From: Dehalococcoidia bacterium
GTDB lineage: Bacteria; Chloroflexota; Dehalococcoidia; Bin125
Length of the DNA: 64,000 bases
Direction of reading: 5' to 3'
NCBI GenBank assembly: GCA_963662615.2
Contig: CAXXSR010000001.1
Location: 1,216,001 to 1,280,000, forward strand
Shown here piece by piece: positions 61,450 to 64,000 of the stretch; position 1 is the first letter of the stretch; the number at the start of each line of letters is the position of its first letter. The notes under the pieces are model-generated. The model was not told the origin of the DNA. It worked only from the letters and a program-made list of their open reading frames with translations, and ran no database searches. The position numbers and the translations under genes are program-made.

Positions 61450-62529
61450 ATGATGAAAAATCGTGAACCAACGGGGCTGCCCCCTATCAAGGTCGTGGGG
61501 GTAGGCGGCGGAGGCTGCAACGCGGTCAACCGCATGATTGAGGAGGGCATAAACGGCGTCCACTTCTTAGCCGTCAACACGGACGCCCAACAATTGGAGC
61601 ACAGTCTGGCGCCGGAGCGGATGCGCATTGGCGACAAGGTCTCGCGCGGGCTCGGGGTCGGCGGCGACCCCCAGCTGGGCTACAAAGCCGCCGACGAGAG
61701 CCGCGACGAGCTGCTACACGCGCTCAAAGGCATGGACATGGTCTTCGTGGCGGTGGGAATGGGCGGCGGCACGGGCACCGGCGCCGCCCCAGTGGTGGCC
61801 GAGGTGGCCAAGATTGCCGGGGCGCTCGCCATTGCCGTGGCGACGAAACCGTTCGCCTTCGAGGGCAGCGTCCGGCGCGGCGTTGCGGAGGCGGGGATCG
61901 CCCGCCTGCAGGAGCACGCCGACACGGTGATCACGATCCCCAACGACCGCCTCCTCTCCTTCATTCAAGACGAAGTCTCGGTCAGGGCAGCCTTCCGAAT
62001 GGCGGACGACGTCCTCCGGCAAGGCATCTCCGGCATCTCTGACGTCATCACGGTTCCGGGAGAGGTCAACCTGGACTTCAACGACGTCAAGAAAGTGATG
62101 GGCGAAGGCGGTCAGGCCCTGATGGCCATCGGTCGCGGCCGAGGCGACAACCGCGCCGTGGACGCCGCCCAGGAGGCCATCGCCAGCCCCTTGCTGGAAA
62201 CGGACATCACCGGCGCCCGCAAAGTGCTCTTCAACGTCACGTCGTCGGGGGACCTAGGGCTCGGCGAACTGAACATGGCGGCCAAAGTCATTCAGGAGAT
62301 GATCGACCCCGACGCCGAGATCATCTTCGGCACGGCCGTAGACCCCGCGATGGAAGATGAAGTGAAGTTGACCGTCATCGCCACCGGCTTCCGTGAGGGC
62401 GCCCTCCAGCGAGAGCGCCAGACGGAGGTCGAGCGCTGGTCCACCGAGATCCTGGACGAGATCGGTCTGCCCGGCGATGACGTGGACTTGCCTGCCTTCC
62501 TGCGTAAGCGTCGCGTGACCGCGCAGTAG
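61450..62529 (+). CDS. ftsZ: Cell division protein FtsZ
   Basis: GVGGGGCNAV, GGGTGTG, NLDFND, C-terminal DLPAFLR. Confidence 0.98.
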   Translation: MMKNREPTGLPPIKVVGVGGGGCNAVNRMIEEGINGVHFLAVNTDAQQLEHSLAPERMRIGDKVSRGLGVGGDPQLGYKAADESRDELLHALKGMDMVFVAVGMGGGTGTGAAPVVAEVAKIAGALAIAVATKPFAFEGSVRRGVAEAGIARLQEHADTVITIPNDRLLSFIQDEVSVRAAFRMADDVLRQGISGISDVITVPGEVNLDFNDVKKVMGEGGQALMAIGRGRGDNRAVDAAQEAIASPLLETDITGARKVLFNVTSSGDLGLGELNMAAKVIQEMIDPDAEIIFGTAVDPAMEDEVKLTVIATGFREGALQRERQTEVERWSTEILDEIGLPGDDVDLPAFLRKRRVTAQ

Positions 62530-62612
62530 TACCGGCAGGAGGAGAGATCTAGAAAGGAGGGCCGGACTCGCCGAACACTTTTTGGCTCCTCATGGAGAGC
62601 TAGCACGACCAA

Positions 62613-62657
62613 GGGAGGGCGACGGGTCTGGGAGATACCGTCGCCCTTCCGCCTTTT
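62613..62657 (+). terminator. Intrinsic terminator after ftsZ
   Basis: GGGAGGGCGACGG / CCGTCGCCCTTCC stem followed by GCCTTTT. Confidence 0.7.
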
Positions 62658-62794
62658 CCCTACCCCACGCCCTCAAGCCGGCTGCGAGCAGGATCGCGTC
62701 ACACATCGCAATGCGGCGCGGCGTAGCGAGGCGTGCAAACGGCGACCGCTCCGTACGACGACGGCGCTCCGCCAGGCTGGACTACCATACCCCC

Positions 62795-63328
62795 ATGCGC
62801 TGCCCCCACTGTCCCGCGACGACCCGCGTGATCGACTCCCGCGCAGCGGCGGGCGCCATTCGCCGTCGCCGCAAGTGCCAGGGCTGTGGCCGTCGCTTCA
62901 CCACGTTCGAGCGCGTCGCGGAGCAGGAACCGGCCATCGTCAAACGGGACGGCCGGCGCGAGCGCTTCCAGTACGAGAAGCTGCTCAAGAGCATCCGCTT
63001 GGCCTGCGCCAAGCGCACATTCCCCGAGGAGCAGCGCACCGCCATTGCCGAGGCGGTGCGCACCCGCGCGATGCAAAGCGATCGCGCTGAGGTCAGCAGC
63101 CGCGAGATCGGCGAATGGGTGCTGGAGCGGCTGCGTCCCCTGGACCCGGTGGCGGGGTTTCGCTTCGCGGCCGTGTTTCGCCGCCCGGAGGGCACGGAGG
63201 CCCTTCGCCGTGAACTGGCGGCGGTCGAGACGGCCGTTCCCAACCCTTCCGGCGAGGCGCGTGACTCCTCACAACCGCGGCTGCCGGGGCTCGCAACCGG
63301 CGGCGACGGCCACCACCTCGCCGACTGA
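62795..63328 (+). CDS. nrdR: Transcriptional repressor NrdR
   Basis: MRCPHC..VIDSR..IRRRRKCQGCGRRFTTFE zinc ribbon, ATP cone KRDGRRERF; directly upstream of the RNR gene. Confidence 0.92.
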   Translation: MRCPHCPATTRVIDSRAAAGAIRRRRKCQGCGRRFTTFERVAEQEPAIVKRDGRRERFQYEKLLKSIRLACAKRTFPEEQRTAIAEAVRTRAMQSDRAEVSSREIGEWVLERLRPLDPVAGFRFAAVFRRPEGTEALRRELAAVETAVPNPSGEARDSSQPRLPGLATGGDGHHLAD

Positions 63329-63351
63329 GCAGCGCTTGCGGGAGATCGACC

Positions 63352-64000
63352 ATGGCCGCGCCTGATTCGATCCCACTCACGGAGGCCGGCCAACTCGTTC
63401 TGCGCCGCCGCTATCAGCAGCGGGATGATCAGCGCAACACCGTTGAGGGCCCGGAAGAGCTTTTTCGCCGCGTCGCTAGCAACGTCGCCCAAGCGGAAGC
63501 CCGCTACGGCGACGATCCGGCGGCGTTCGCGGACCGCGCCTACGGGATGATGGCGCGGCTGGAGTTTCTTCCCAACTCTCCCACCCTCATGAACGCCGGC
63601 CTGGGCATCCAGCAGCTCGCGGCCTGCTTCGTCTTGCCCGTGGACGACTCCCTGCCGGGCATCTTCGATGCGCTCAAGGTCACCGCGCTGATCCACCAGA
63701 GCGGGGGCGGCACCGGCTTCGCCTTCTCCCGCCTGCGCCCCGCCAACGACATTGTCCAATCCACGCATGGCGTGGCCAGCGGGCCCGTCTCCTTCATGCG
63801 CGTCTTCGACGCCGCCACCGACGCCATCAAGCAGGGCGGCGCTCGCCGCGGCGCCAACATGGCGATCCTCAACGTGGACCACCCTGACATCGACGGCTTC
63901 ATCCGCGCCAAGGCGAACGGCGACAGCCTCACGAACTTCAACCTGTCCGTCGCCGTCACGGATGAGTTCTTGGAAGCCGTGGACACCGGGCGCGACTACG
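63352..64000 (+). CDS. nrdJ: Ribonucleotide reductase, class II (B12-dependent) type; N-terminal part, runs off window end
   Basis: Manual translation: ..FLPNSPTLMNAG..QLAACFVLPVDDS..GGGTGFAFSRLRP..SGPVSFM..KQGGARRGANM..HPDI..NFNLSV. Confidence 0.9.
   Translation, partial: MAAPDSIPLTEAGQLVLRRRYQQRDDQRNTVEGPEELFRRVASNVAQAEARYGDDPAAFADRAYGMMARLEFLPNSPTLMNAGLGIQQLAACFVLPVDDSLPGIFDALKVTALIHQSGGGTGFAFSRLRPANDIVQSTHGVASGPVSFMRVFDAATDAIKQGGARRGANMAILNVDHPDIDGFIRAKANGDSLTNFNLSVAVTDEFLEAVDTGRDY

Overview
High-GC bacterial chromosome segment, densely coding, mostly housekeeping. The gene set and protein style suggest Chloroflexota, probably Dehalococcoidia-like; this is an inference and was not checked against a database. 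Left to right: truncated rplY; larE; a hydantoinase/oxoprolinase A-X-B operon; M28 peptidase and LysM lipoproteins; an acyl-CoA carboxyltransferase; acn-mdh-fumC; DinB-like and PPOX/F420-like genes; a minus-strand run (oppABC, tig-clpP-clpX, tlyA-nadK-GNAT-NUDIX) preceded by aspS; hemW and tfoX; HDAC-quinone reductase divergent from selB; a minus-strand run mogA-trmD-rplS-priA-def-cca-yajC-secD-secF; a dcw cluster mraZ to ftsZ without murE; nrdR and truncated nrdJ. I found no rRNA, tRNA, CRISPR array, prophage or transposase. The most unusual signal is LysM-like (putative peptidoglycan-binding) modules inserted into the outer loops of two unrelated core membrane proteins, SecD and the OppC permease (apparently nested in OppC), next to a SecF with a duplicated extracytoplasmic domain. 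Other points of interest: a kinase-fold ORF lacking its P-loop between the hydantoinase subunits, a REP-like repeat translated in frame inside hemW, back-to-back leaderless promoters in 37 bp, and a structured leader RNA upstream of the carboxyltransferase. All family calls come from motif recognition by eye.
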